The notes below the pieces were generated by a model. The model was not told the origin of the DNA. It did not search any database and worked only from the letters and a program-made list of their open reading frames with translations. From positions 191,208,001-191,272,000 of the forward strand of contig OX597814.1 of NCBI GenBank assembly GCA_951406725.2: a stretch of 64,000 nucleotides of DNA, read 5' to 3'. Shown one piece after another: positions 12,782-26,274 of this stretch; position 1 is the stretch's first letter; each line of letters starts with the position of its first letter. Source of the DNA: Octopus vulgaris (Eukaryota). Made by a program: the position numbers and the translations under genes.

Positions 12782-14939
12782 GTGGTTGCTGTTGTTGTTG
12801 ACAGTCATGTTTCTCAAAGGACTGTTAAGAAGATATTGACTTCCAAGATTACTTGATGAAAAAAAATCTCATGGAATGCTTGAACTTAATGGTAGTTGAA
12901 AGGGATAATGACAGCCTCCTTGATTTGATGCTAAACCAATAAGAAGTGCAAACAAATACTTTGTTGGCTTCAGAAGTGGGGTAGGAATACTGGGTGTCCT
13001 AGAAGCAATGAATCTCAAACAGAAAAATACCAAGCCCCCTACCCAAATATTGGTGAAATTTTTTTGATCCATCCCCACCCGTTCTTAATGAGAAGATAAA
13101 ACAAAATTTACATTCATATAATTCTTATTTTTTCCCCCCATCGAATCAGATAAATTTTCAAAGTTTAAAACCCTCATAATTTTTATTCAATTTAAAATTT
13201 TTTTCATCCCCTTTTCTTTCAATACCTGTAGGCCCTACTTGCTCTGAAGCCCTGTCACACCTATGTAAAACACTGCTCTAGAACATAGATGATTGTTGAA
13301 GACCACATCAACAGTCTGGTGACAGTTAAGGGTTCATTGGTACCAAGTTTACCAATCCTGGAATGCTAAGAGGTAAAGTTAAGTCAACTGCAGTGGAATC
13401 TGAACTCAGACCATAAAGATACCTAAGTAAATACCAAAGCTATTTTTTTCAAGGTGCTCCACTAATTCAGCCACTTGCAACCTTTTAGTGTGAATAATAA
13501 TTGTTTCTAACATATGTGCAAGGTCTAAAATTTAAAGGAGGGAATTAGTTGATTATATTGACTCTGATACTTGACTGGAACTATATTTCATCAAACATGG
13601 AAGGATAAAAATAAAGCTGACCATGGCAGGATTTTGAACTCAAAACATAATGAACTAGAAACAACACTGCAAGACATTTCATCTGATGTGCTAATGATTC
13701 TACCAATCCACTGCCTTTGAGCGTGAAAAAATAACATAATGATAATAAACCTAAATAATATTGTTACCTTTTGTTAATAATAAATGGCTGAGAAGTAACT
13801 ACAAACCAACTTATATCAAAGAAAGCAAAGGACTTCATACATAGACAAAGAAACAACTATTCAATATTATATGTAGACATGATGCACATACACACAGCTA
13901 TTTTTAAACAATTTACAGTACAAGGTCATTGTCTGCTGATGGCTGGAGAACATTGCAGTGTGGCACCCTCTTGTTATCTTTTATTCATGTAGTACTAAAC
14001 AGCTTGATGATAACTGGGTATTGTCTAGGTGTTTAAGATACATGGCTTTTAATAAATTAGAGTGCCAGCATCAGCATTGCTCCTTAGAAAGTTCTTGAAA
14101 ACAGGATTATACAAATATGTGTAAAACTGAATCATCATCATCATCATCTTTTCCTGCTATTTCCCACCTACGGAAGAATGCACACCAACATGTGATAGTT
14201 GTCTCAATAGAAACTATGTCAAGACCTGTCCATGCTATGATGTTATCGTTCCATTAAAGCTAACCATTTACTATATTTCATTTTAAAATCAAAAACATGC
14301 TGAATATTTAGGATACATACATTATATTCGTATGTATGAATGCGTGTATGCATGTATGTATGTGTGTATGTGCGCATGTATGTATGTCTGTGTGTGTGTA
14401 TATATATATATCATCATCATCATTTATCATCCATCTGCCATGCTGGCATGGGTTGGACAGTTTGACAGGAACTGGCAAACCAGTGAACTGCTCTATTGTC
14501 TTTGGCATGGATTCTATGGCTAGATGCCCTTGCTAATGCCAACACTTTGATGGTACAGAACTATGCCAGGTAATGGGAGGTATCTTTTTTGTCTTTATTT
14601 ATTTATATAAATACAAAAAGTAGACATGGAGACAATTTCCTTAGTGTTCTACCATTTCCTTAGGAAAATTCTGTTTTCTTTTTATACCTGTTTATAGAGA
14701 AAACATACCTCCATATTCTAACTTATTTCTCTATCATGAATATATTTTGTGGTATACTTCTAAGAACTTTTATTCCTATATACCACCATCATTTAGTACC
14801 CATTTTTCATGCCAGCATGAGCTGGACAGTTTGAGCTGGCAAGCCAGAGTATTGTACCAAACTCCAATATCTACTTTGGCATGGTTTCTACCTGGATACC
14901 CTTCTAATTTCTTTTTTTTTTTGGGGGGGGGTGGTTATG

Positions 14940-14972
<33 letters not shown>

Positions 14973-15402
14973 TTATACTGGTGGGGACGCTTGTGTTTAT
15001 AAATGGAAATAAAATATTCAATATATGAAGTGGAGTTTATATATTTTACCAGAAGCTGAAGTTTCTCGAATCATTATACAGTTTCACATTAACAAATATT
15101 CAAACAATTCAATCATTTTGAATAGTTGGTAACATGAAAGTCAGAGGTAACAGTTCAAGATGTTTCAGTTTCCACAATATATCCTCCTCATCCTCATCAT
15201 TATTTAACATCTATGTTCCATGTTAACATGGGTGGGATGGTACCACAAGAGTCGGCCAAGCCAAAGCCCTCACCAGACTTCTGTGATTTTTTTTGGTAGG
15301 ATTTGCAGAAATTACAGTGATTCAATGGCCAAAAGTTTCATACACTGATGAGTGTCAATGCATGAAACTCTTGGCCTTGAGCCACTCTGTAACTTCAGTT
15401 GA

Positions 15403-15468
<66 letters not shown>

Positions 15469-15634
15469 CTGGTATCCTTATATATTACTATATTTTATAT
15501 CTTATATGTAAAGTATAATATGTGATATGTATGTATGTATATTATTGTAATTATCAGTTTAGTAAATAAATAAATAAGTTAACATAATATAATGTCTAAA
15601 AGTTGAGGAACCACCTATTGATCCTCTCCATTTT

Positions 15635-15681
<47 letters not shown>

Positions 15682-16526
15682 AGTTCTAGTTTCCTGTTAG
15701 TATCACTTACAAATATATGTGTGCAAGAATGTACATATGTACAATATTTATATAAAGTAAGTAGTAAAACAAATTTAGAAAACCTTAAATATAAATAAAA
15801 CTAAAAGTGAAGGAAATTATCATAAAACATGCAATCATTATTTGGTAAGTAACTCCTCCTTTCGAACTCAACATCAATTGATGCTATATTTTGTAGGCAT
15901 AGTAAATTCAATAGTAACACTATGTAGTGATATTAGTAGCTATGTGTACACACATATATTTATGTGTGTATGCATACACATAGCTATTTGGATGGTAGTT
16001 CATTAAGAATATACTTTTTCTTATGTAATTTCTGTATAACGTAATCTTGGCATGTGTTTCTCAGATGAGTGAGCTGTGTTACCATTATTGTTGCTGCTGG
16101 GGGCCTTTTAATTTTTTTTCAGTAGTCTCTCTTAAATGTGACAAACAGATCTCTGCAGGTGGGTAAGAGGTAAGATGGTTGCTGTGGGTACCCTACTGAG
16201 CATATGGTACAACAGAGTTAAACAATCAAACAAAAGTCTGCTGACATTTCTTTCTGTGAGCAGCCTGTCTCTATTGGGGGACACACAGGTCTAAAATTTC
16301 ACACTTCAAATGTGTGGCCCCACTTCTAGGGAGTCAACTGGGGGAGGGTGATTTTTGGTAGCTAGATTGAGCAAGGTGATTAAAAGGTAAAGTAAATAAA
16401 GAAAGTGTAGGCTCATACACAAAAATAAACATTACAAAAATTTGGAATTTCTCAAATTGAATAAAACAATATAAATAAAGTACTTCTGCAGAATATAAAG
16501 AAAACAAATTTGAAGATTGTCGTTGA

Positions 16527-16698
16527 CTAAGAGACTGAAATTGTACTGATTGGAGCATTGTTTTGTGAAGAAGCAAGAGAAGCTAAGTCATCAAAGTTGG
16601 AACTACTGGCGACACTGGGAGATGCTGCAAGTTCTGTACCTCGGTCTTCCATAGCTTGGTAATCAACACTGATCTTAGAATCCAGGTATTTGATTCCA
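16527..16698 (-). CDS. SLC46A1: SLC46-family transporter, terminal coding exon (C-terminal tail)
   Basis: Acceptor tatatttttcag. Phase 2 joins the previous exon (CT+T=Leu). Encodes GIKYLDSKISVDYQAMEDRG...APISTISVS, with TAG at 16527-16529. Confidence 0.85.
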
Positions 16699-17049
16699 CT
16701 GAAAAATATAGAGAAATACAAGAAAGAAAAGACTTTAGAAATAAATAGCTACCTGTAGCTGTACCCAGCCTTGCTGGGGTCTATTAGTACATAAAATGTA
16801 TACAATTTTATGAGTTCATTATACTTTGGATAAACTGATTTTTAAAAAAATGCTACCAATCATCAGTTCATCTAGGAGAGCTAATACATTTAGAATTTTT
16901 AACATTCCTGTTATCTAGAATAAGATCCAAGTTGAGTGATAATGAATGAAAAACAAATACAGAACTGGAAATAAAATTTTACTCGTAAAATTTTTTTCTG
17001 CAGAAAACATGCTTTCCCCCTCCCCATCCTGAATTTTTTTTTTTTTTTC

Positions 17050-17443
17050 TCTTTTACTTGTTTCAGTCATTTGACTGCGGCCATGCTGGAGCACCGCGTT
17101 TAGTTGAGCAAATCGACCCCGGGACTTATTCTTTGTAAGCCTAGTACTTATTCTATCGGTCTCTTTTGTCGAACCGCTAAGTGACGGGGACGTAAACACA
17201 CCAGCATCGGTTGTCAAGCAATGCTAGGGGGACAAACACAGACACACAAACACACACATACATATATATATACATATATACAACAGGCTTCTTTCAGTTT
17301 CCATCTACCAAATCCACTCACAAGGCATTGGTCAGCCCGAGGCTATAGCAGAAGACACTTGCCCAAGATGCCACGCAGTGAGACTGAACCCAGAACCATG
17401 TGGCTGGTTAGCAAGCTACTTACCACACAGCCATTCTGCGCCT
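17050..17443 (-). mobile_element. tRNA-head SINE, family A
   Basis: Full-length match to the family consensus. Confidence 0.8.
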
Positions 17444-17476
17444 GTTGAACTAATTTATATAATCACACTAAATGAA

Positions 17477-17735
17477 TTCTGTTGTGTCTGGGGAGAGTCA
17501 TTTTGTTTTTGTGCCTTATAATTTAACACACTCACCGGTAAAATTTCCACTTATTTCTTATTTTCATTTTCCTAAAGTTTTGCTGCATCTTGCAACCTTT
17601 TCAATAGTCCTACCGGTGAGTGTGTTAAATTATAAGACACAAAAAGAAAATGACTCTCCCCAGACACAACAGAATATGCTTCAACACACGAACTCATATA
17701 AAGAATTTTGCAAACCAAATCCAAAAGCGAAACTA
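17477..17735. mobile_element. Second fold-back copy of the 6414 family
   Basis: Inverted arms ~17477-17540 and ~17611-17674, HHR-like motif on minus at ~17571-17610, same tail as the 6414 copy. Confidence 0.6.
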
Positions 17736-18923
17736 AATGAATTATTTTCCTAAAAATTCAGTAAGATTTTCTCATATCTGTTGCAATACCACAGGGCATA
17801 CAGTATACTATGTTATGTTTTTTGTCATGAGCTAAAAAGAAAGAAAATTCAGAAAATGTCACACAAACTATGACCTTATAACCTTCAACAGAGGAATCTC
17901 TTCACAAAATTTCAGCTACCTTAGGGATCAAACTGTAGCTTACAATTTGGAACACCTATCCATCATCATTGTTATCAACATTAGCTGCACCTGGCTTCCA
18001 ATGCTGGCATGGATTTGATGGTTTATCAGGGCCTGATATGTCAGAAGACTGCTCATGCACCAATGCCTACTTTAGCATGGTTTCTAATACCTGGTGTCCT
18101 TCCTAACACCAGCCACTGTGCAGCATGCACCGAGTGCTTTTTTCACAACAGCAGCACCAGAGATGATTGTTGCATAACTTGCAAGATGAAAGACCCAATG
18201 GAGCCTACAACCAAGAGGGAACAGAAGAGAGAATGGGTGATGATTCTAAGCAGAGCCATAAGGGAACGATTACTTACCGTTCCCGAAGCTGAAGGAGTAT
18301 GGCAGAGAACAGGGAGAGAGTGAAGGGATTAGTTGAGAAAAAGGGAGGGATAGAGTTGAAAAGGGGATGAACTGGGTTGTGTAAGGTAGAGTTTAGGGTT
18401 GTCTATCAATAGAGAGGGTAAAAATAGACAGAAGGTGTGAAAGGAGGGGGGCAGAAAGGGAGTAATAGATTAGGGTAGAGAAGGATCCTGATCCTGAGAG
18501 AGTCAATAAAGAATAGAGAGATGTGGTTGTAGCAGTAGGTCAGAGAGGGGAAAGGTGGGAACAGGGGGTGCTGAGAGAGTTCATATGCAAATAAGACAGT
18601 GAGGCTGGTGGAATGAGAAATGAGAGAGTAGCATTTATAACTTTAGCAAGATAAATTGAAAGTGAACTGAATAAATTTCAAATGAGATCATTCGTTTAAA
18701 TGAGATAATTAGTTCAGTGGAGCAGCTGTTATATCAACAGAAACACACATACAATATAATGCTAAAACCTTGGTTCCTGTCCAATCATTGAACTAAAATC
18801 AAGTTATGTCAAACCTAGTTAGGACTGAGAAAGGGGATCACTTGGAATCCTTTTAATTTTTTATTTGTTGCTAAGTCAAAAGGAAAGAAAGTGCCCATGA
18901 TGTTTTTTTAACCTCAAAGACTA

Positions 18924-19105
<182 letters not shown>

Positions 19106-19605
19106 ATCTTCAACTAGAAGCTTGGCCAAAAAGCTTGCAGCAGAATGGACTTTGTCAAATGCACCCAAGGGCCAAGTGTTAAACCAGATGCTATGGTGTT
19201 AAACCAGATGCCAAAGATGTTCACCTCTGAAAGGTCCCTTGATCTGATAGAAATAGCAGACAAATCTCCCTCAAATCACATCCCACTGTCTTATAAAAGG
19301 CAAAAGCACATTGGATAATGGAGTCCTACGTATCTTTAAAAATCTTGTTGGTCAAGGTCAAAATACATTTCGAAATACATAAATCTGCTAGAGCAGAGAG
19401 ACCCAGAACTAAACAACAACAACTGATGAAAGACACACACATTGGCAGAGACTGGTGTTTATTAGCTTGTTAATGAGTGAAGATTAACAATCTGTCAGAT
19501 AGTGCTCTTTGAGATAAGATATAAGAGTTTAGTGCACATAATATGAGAGGTCATACATTCATGAATGGACAGAGGTGAGAAGATGGGTTATTGTAACAAC
19601 TACAA

Positions 19606-19858
19606 CAGTACTTCTTAGCCTGGGTCCATATGGCCTTTCTGGGGCCCAATAAGATTTTGTTGTTAAAATTTATCTGCAATAAATAAGTGATACTTTTACA
19701 AAACATAAAATATTCTAACACTTTTTGTTATACAATTCCTAAGAATATTTAATTATAAAAATATATGACTTTTTAACCATTGACTGGCAAGAAGGGTCCA
19801 TCTGAGTAAAACAGGAATCAAAGGGGTCCATAGGTAAAGAAATGCTTGAGAAACACTG
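19606..19858. mobile_element. hAT (Charlie-like) MITE with right end tandemly duplicated to ~20101
   Basis: cagtacttcttagc / gcttgagaaacactg termini. ~19770-19932 is repeated at ~19935-20101. Confidence 0.55.
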
Positions 19859-21392
19859 ATCTTCAGGCTTGTTTCTCAAAGTTATTTAGCTAAATTTGGC
19901 AATATCAACAACAAACATTAGTTGGCATTCATGATTTTTTTTAACCATTGTCTGGCAAGAAGGGTCCGTTTGAGTAAAACAGGAATCAAAGGGGTCCATA
20001 GGTAAAAAAAATGCTTGAGAAACACTGATCTACAGGCTTGTTTCTCAAAGTTATTTAGCTAAATTTGGCAATATCAACAACAAACATTAGTTGGCATTCA
20101 TAGACTTAGATAAAAGTATATACTGTCAATAAGAATATTTTGAAATAATCAAGCTAATCTTTATATGAACTATATTACTACTGTCCTGATTTTGTTACAA
20201 GTATTACAAAAATCAATATAGTTATCTGGTTTACACAACAGATGAATTCTATTTTCTTTTGTGTTGGAGGAATAGAATCAGAACAAATGAGAAATGATGA
20301 ATGTATATGTATATTTTGATACAATGCTATCTCCTTTGTGATTGGGAGTCAAGTATAATCATTATTGATACCAATAAACTGCTTGCACTATTTTATTGAC
20401 CCCATCAAACAGAAAGGAAAATCAAGACTTGGCAGGATTTAAACTCAGAAATTCTAAACTTGTACAAAGCAAGTTAATGGAAATTATAAAATTACTTAGA
20501 ATGATGAATGATTTTATAAATGAAAGAATCTATAGTACTTCATATAAAGATATTAAATCCTTTTAAAGGGATTCAAATTGTAGGTTTCTATAATACTATG
20601 GGCTGTTTTCTCACTGTATTTAAATTTGGACAAGATATTTTTATTAGTCTTCTATCAAATAGAAATCTAAGCTTTTAGTATTCAAATTCAAATGTAATGC
20701 ATGTTAGTTTTGAATTAGTCATGCATTATCTTGTAATTCCAAGATTTCAATGATGTGATTGTTTATTTTTAGAATGATATTGCAGGATTGTGTGAGAGAC
20801 TGGATCTGGTCAGTTTGAACATATATCAGGTAGAGTATTTGGACCTAATATGGCTAGTTTAAGACAGAACTCACACTTTTTCTTTGAGGATCTTATTGGC
20901 AGCAGTAATATTTGAATCTTGACTGTTACCAATAGAAATTGAAGAATCAGTATAAATTATATCTCTTAGTAATTATAAATTTATAGAGAAGTTAAAAATA
21001 AGAAATACAAAAGAATAAATGAAAATCTTCTAGTTAAGATGAACTATCAAGTAATTTATCTCTATTTTAATAAAGAACACATTGAATAAATGAGATATAG
21101 CTTTTAGTATTTTATTAGAAATAAAAACGAGGAGATAAAATAAAATTGAAGGCAGTACTTGAATATTTAGCTTGTTGTAACATAAAACTCAATGATTTTT
21201 TTTTAAATACTTCCCCCAAACATTTCAACACAAAGTAGTTCTTAACTGAAACATTTTTTCCAAATATTTGTTCAATTTTATGTCACTTATCAGGTTGGAT
21301 AAGATAGATGGTGACTGAAACTTGTCATCAAATATATAATGCATGAAATATTTAATGACAAACTATCGCCACAAACATACCTGAAATTTTTA

Positions 21393-21870
21393 TCATCATC
21401 ATCATTGTTTAATGTCCGCTTTCCATGCTAGCATGAGATGGATGATTTGACTGAGGACTGGCGAACTAGATAGCTGCACCAGGCTCCAATCTGATCTGGC
21501 AGTTTCTACAGCTGGATGTCCTTCCTAACGCCAACCACTCCAAGAATGTAGTGGGTGCTTTTACTTGCCAATGGCACGAGGGCCAGTTAGGCGGTACTGG
21601 CAATGGCCATGCTCAAATAGTGTTTTTTACATGCTACCTGCACAGGAGCCAGTCCAGCGGCACTGGCAATGACCTCACTCAAATGTTTTTTCACATGCCA
21701 CCAGCACAAGTGCCAGTAAGGCGGCACTGGTGACGATCACGCTTGAATGGTGCTTTTTACGTGCCACTGGCACAGAAGCCAGTTTGCTGCTCTAGTAACG
21801 ATCACGCTCAGATGGTGCTCTTAGCGCTCCACTAGCACGGATGCCAGTCATCGAATTTGATTTCGATTTC
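21393..21870 (-). mobile_element. RTE-derived 3' UTR fragment
   Basis: (CAT)n tail, gtccgctttccatgctagcatg, cagctggatg..cttcctaacgccaaccactc and repeated gtgcca..ggcac units. Confidence 0.75.
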
Positions 21871-22682
21871 ATTTCATTTATATATTATATAAACTCCAGT
21901 CTAGTTCACACATTTTCCGAAGTGATTGCCTTTACTTTCTCCATGAAAGAAAATTACAGTGAAACACGTAATGAAATAATTTAGCAAATTCATACATGAC
22001 ATTAATCATTGAGAAACACCATCCACAAGACAAAACAACATCCTTCAATCCTCATTCTTCTCCTCGCCACTGCTACTGCTACCACTGTTGTCATTGTCAT
22101 TATCATCATCATTGTTATTGTCTTTATAACCATCATCATCTTTGCCACTGTCTTCATCCTCCTCATCAGCAGTGTCGTTGACATCATCATTTAATATTAA
22201 TTTTCCATACTGGTATGGGTTGAATGGTTTGACAAGATCCAGCTTGTCAAGCTTCTAATATCAGTTTTGGCATGGTTCCTACAGCTGGATGCTGTTCTTC
22301 CTAACACCAACCTCTTTACTAAAATGTACTGGGTGTCTTTTATTTTTTTTTATTTTTTGTCTAGCAGCACTAGTGAGGTTGCCAAGTAACTTGCAAAATG
22401 CCTAAGATTGTCCTTCCATCACACTTCAGCCCCTCAAAACCTGCCGTAGAACCATCACCTTTCCTCCCCTTCTCAAATACCCCACCCCATTTAGTCAAGG
22501 AGGTTTTTCCATTCACTATATTTAAAATTATATATATAGAGTGGCACAAAACAATGGGATTAATGCTTCACTGTTGAGGTCAAAAGATCAAAACATGTCA
22601 GGAGTTATTGCTCAAATGATTAAAATAGCACTCATTAGTGAATGATTGATATTGTGTTTATTGTTATTTTTACTATGTACAT

Positions 22683-23172
22683 ACTCTTTTACTCTCTTTT
22701 TACTCTTTTACTTGTTTCAGTCATTTGACTGCGGCCATGCTGGAGCACCGCCTTTTAATCGAGCAAATTGACCCCGGGACTTATTCTTTTGTAAGCCCAG
22801 TACTTATTCTATCGGTCTCTTTTGCCTGAACCGCTAAGTAACGGGGACATAAACACACCAACATCAGTTGTCAAGCAATGCTAGGGGGACAAACACAGAC
22901 ACACAAACACACGCATGCATATATATATATATATACATATATACGATGGGCTTCTTTCAGTTTCCGTCTACCAAATCCACTCACAAGGCTTTGGTCGGCC
23001 AGAAGCTATAGTATAAGACACTTGCCCAAGGTGCCACGCAGTGGGACTGAACCCGGAACCATGTGGTTGGTAAACAAGCTACTTACCACACAGCCACTCC
23101 TGTGCCTAGTTATTTTTTGTTAGCTTTTTTAATAATAAATGTACTAACATGAAAATATTGGTAGGGTCTACG

Positions 23173-23211
<39 letters not shown>

Positions 23212-23694
23212 TTTGCATGTACCACGCCCTTGTTGTTGTTTTTTCTTGTGCTTTTTTTTTCATTTTCTTTTATTAATTATATATATACTCTTTTACTTGC
23301 TTCAGTCATTTGACTGTGGCCATGCTGGAACACCGCCTTTAGTCAATCAAATTGACCCTAGGACTTATTCTTTGTAAGCCTAGTACTTATTCTATTAGTC
23401 TCTTTTGCCGAACTGCTAAGTTACAGTGACGTAAACATACCAGCATCGGTTGTTAAGCAATGCTAGGGGGACAAACACAGACACACAAACATATACACAC
23501 ACACACACATATATATATATATACATATACACGATGGCCTTCTTTCAGTTTCTGTCTACCGAATCCACTCACAGGGCTTTGGTCGGCCCAAGGCTAAAGT
23601 AGAAGACACTTGCCCAAGGTGCCACACAGTGGGACTGAACCTGGAACCATGTGGTTCATAAACAAGCTACTTACCACACAGCCACTCCTATGCT
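22683..23694 (-). mobile_element. Two family A SINEs (22683-23107, 23287-23694)
   Basis: Two full-length copies in the same orientation. Confidence 0.8.
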
Positions 23695-23707
23695 TATATA
23701 TATATAT

Positions 23708-23900
23708 TACGGAGATGTACTTGCATAGCAAGTGACTTGATCTGAGATCGTCTGCTGAAACAAAAACAACTGTAGTGTGGAAAGTGTTTGTAAGCCATTT
23801 AAAACCACACAAAAACTGTTAGATTCACTTCAACATTTAAATTTAATTTGTCAAAATATTTTTGCTACTTTGAAACTGCGACCTGTTCATTGACAAAATG

Positions 23901-23908
<8 letters not shown>
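23708..23908 (-). mobile_element. (TA)n-flanked Penelope-like short element with decayed HHR-like motif
   Basis: Minus strand: tttgtca-ATGAACAG-gtcgc..gtagc-AAAA-atat-TT-tgacaaa (7-bp stem I). Shared 32-nt tail motif at 23728-23759. Confidence 0.5.
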
Positions 23909-23932
<24 letters not shown>

Positions 23933-24451
23933 GATATCATTCAATTAATACATGTATGTGTATATATGCATGCATGCATGTATTAATTGAATGACAAAGA
24001 AACAGTTTAATTCATATTATGCTCTGCACTTGCCTAACATTATTCTGAAGCATATGTATATTGAGTTTGAACAATAGGTTATTAGTATTGCTATGCCCAA
24101 GTGAAAGCATTATATATAAATATATATATATAGTTCCAAAGAAAGAGCAGTAGGTTTATTGTAATAAATATCTACTGTTGCATATAATCACAATGCTTTA
24201 ACAAGTTCACCTATCATTTCATAATAGACATAAAGAAGTCAGTTAGAAATTAGACAATGCCTTAGGCAATCTAGAATTAATCATTTGATTTGAGAGAGAG
24301 TGAGTGGGGGAAGAGTTTCCAAGGAAATTGTTTAGCCCTGGGCCATCCATAATTAGGTAGATTTATGATCGAAAGTATACCAGCTATTTCCCCTCTCACC
24401 TTTTTAAAATGTATCTAGGACTACATTACTGATCTATCCTTCCTTGTTTAA

Positions 24452-24669
24452 CCCTTTAGCATTTAAACTGGCCGTATCTGGCCCAAATATGCTTCCTATT
24501 TTATGTTCTGTCCAGTCAGATGCAGCCTGTCACACTTACTTTTCAGTGCTACTCTAAAAATATACAATCACATCATCAAAATTTCAAAGATATGAGATAA
24601 AGCATGATTATTTAAACAGTGTGAATAAAAAAACGTTACATTTGACAGAATAATCTGAATGCTAAAGGG
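24452..24669. mobile_element. piggyBac-type MITE
   Basis: TTAA-ccctttagcatt ... aatgctaaaggg-TTAA. A degenerate reverse copy lies at ~20670-20860. Confidence 0.8.
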
Positions 24670-25354
24670 TTAAGATACTAGGGTTTGATTGAGAAGTAAT
24701 TTGGGTGGTATTTCTAGCACATTAATCAACCACAAAGTAGTTCCTTTAGTTCAAATAAAATTGAGTTTACTAAGTAGCCATTACTCTGAAGATGTCTAAA
24801 ACCAAAACCAAATACATTTGGCTTTCAATTTTTCTTTTAGTTTAATCAAATTAATACAACTTTCTCCACATAAATCTGACAAGACAATAGAAAATGTGGT
24901 CACCATTAGACTGCTAACGAGCTATCTAAGTGTGTATCATCATCATCAGCGTTTTGAAGTTCACTTTTTCATGCTTGCATGGGTAACAAGGAATTTGTCG
25001 AGGCAGATTTTCTATAACTGAATGTCCTTCATGTCACCAACCATCACCTGTTTCCAAGTAAAAGAATATTTTCCTGTGGCTAGACATGTTTCCACAGAAG
25101 AAAGGAAATAAACGACACTGCTTGTATGACAGTGACATTTATTTACAACCATCACACAATGTCAAGACAAAGGGACACCCACACATGTGTATGTGTGTGT
25201 GTGTTGGTGTGTGAAGGGCTTCTTTCAGTTTCCATCAATCAAATTCACTTACAAGGATTTGGTTTGCCTGAGGCTATAGAAAAAGACATTTGCCTAACGT
25301 GCTACACAGTGGGACTGAACCTGGAACCAAATGGTTAGAAAGCAAGCTTCTTAA

Positions 25355-25777
25355 CCCTTTTGTTACCAGCCCAGCTGAAACCGGCTCTGGCTCTGAGTAC
25401 AAATGTCTTGTTTTCAAAAGCTCTGAACTAAAATCTTCCACCAAACCTTAGTCACAATTTATGTTCCTAACACTAGCTTAATGATAACTAAGTTATTTTA
25501 CTAAATTCTTTGTTATATTGAAAGTAATTGAAAGAGATACAGAGCATCCAGAACGCCATGTTGAATCATTAGCCCCTACACGCAATTTTTTTCTCTTCTT
25601 GTTTCTTTTCTGTGTATCTTTCTGTCGAAGAGCGTAGGCTCGAAATGTAAAAGACTTGTTTTATTTCTATTCCTGAGCACCATACTAATACATTGTTTGT
25701 TTGTATTCCACCTGCCTTCGTCTTTTGTTTATTTTCGTAAACCTTCCCACCTCAAAATAAACACAGTAATAAAAGGG
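25355..25777. mobile_element. piggyBac-type MITE containing a nested HHR-bearing insertion
   Basis: TTAA-cccttttgttac ... gtaataaaaggg-TTAA, itself inserted in a family A SINE head. Confidence 0.75.
25617..25654 (+). ncRNA. Minimal variant hammerhead-like motif
   Basis: tcttt-CTGTCGAA-gagc gtag gctc-GAAA-tg-TA-aaaga: 5-bp stem I, 4-bp stem II, minimal stem III, A6>U and one extra A. Lies in a ~200-bp insertion (25550-25750). Confidence 0.5.
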
Positions 25778-25953
25778 TTAAAAACACAGTCATGTCTGCA
25801 TTTGGCCATATAAATCCTATATTTATTTTTTTGACTGCTGCCTTAAAAAAAAGAATAACAATACAAAAATAAACACGTGCCTTCTCCACCCCTATTCCTG
25901 TTTCTAAGAATACATTTTCTGTGAGAAATTGATTAGATTCTTGAGATACTTAC

Positions 25954-26110
25954 AGTGTAAATCCTGCGGGTATAAGTAATATTATGGCTGCTACTATAAA
26001 TATAAAACCGGTATAAAACCTCAGGGTGCTGGCATAAATGACCGTAAATATCAAAGGTGACAAGAAGTGAATCAAACTCTCGGCACAATGCATCAGAGCA
26101 AAGAGGGAAC
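25954..26110 (-). CDS. SLC46A1: SLC46-family transporter, 157-nt coding exon (TM11-TM12)
   Basis: Acceptor cctatcttttgcag, donor gtaag, phase 1-2. Encodes (G)SLFALMHCAESLIHFLSPLIFTVIYASTLRFYTGFIFIVAAIILLIPAGFT(L), matching PCFT GALF...LYPAT...GFPFL...LLIPA. Confidence 0.92.
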
Positions 26111-26274
26111 CTGCAAAAGATAGGTTTTTTTTTTATTGTATATAAAAAAGGGTACATGTATGTATTAGTTACAAATATGATGTACAAGATGTGATACAAT
26201 ATACAAGAATTAATGTCTACACAGATATACGAGCAAGCTTTCATAAAGTCACTGCATCCACAAATTTAGTCACC

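Noticed and set aside
21560-21850. Regularly spaced gtgcca..ggcac palindromic units resembling a CRISPR-like array
   Set aside because: These are internal subrepeats of the RTE 3' UTR. The 'spacers' are homologous between copies, the context is eukaryotic, and there are no cas genes.
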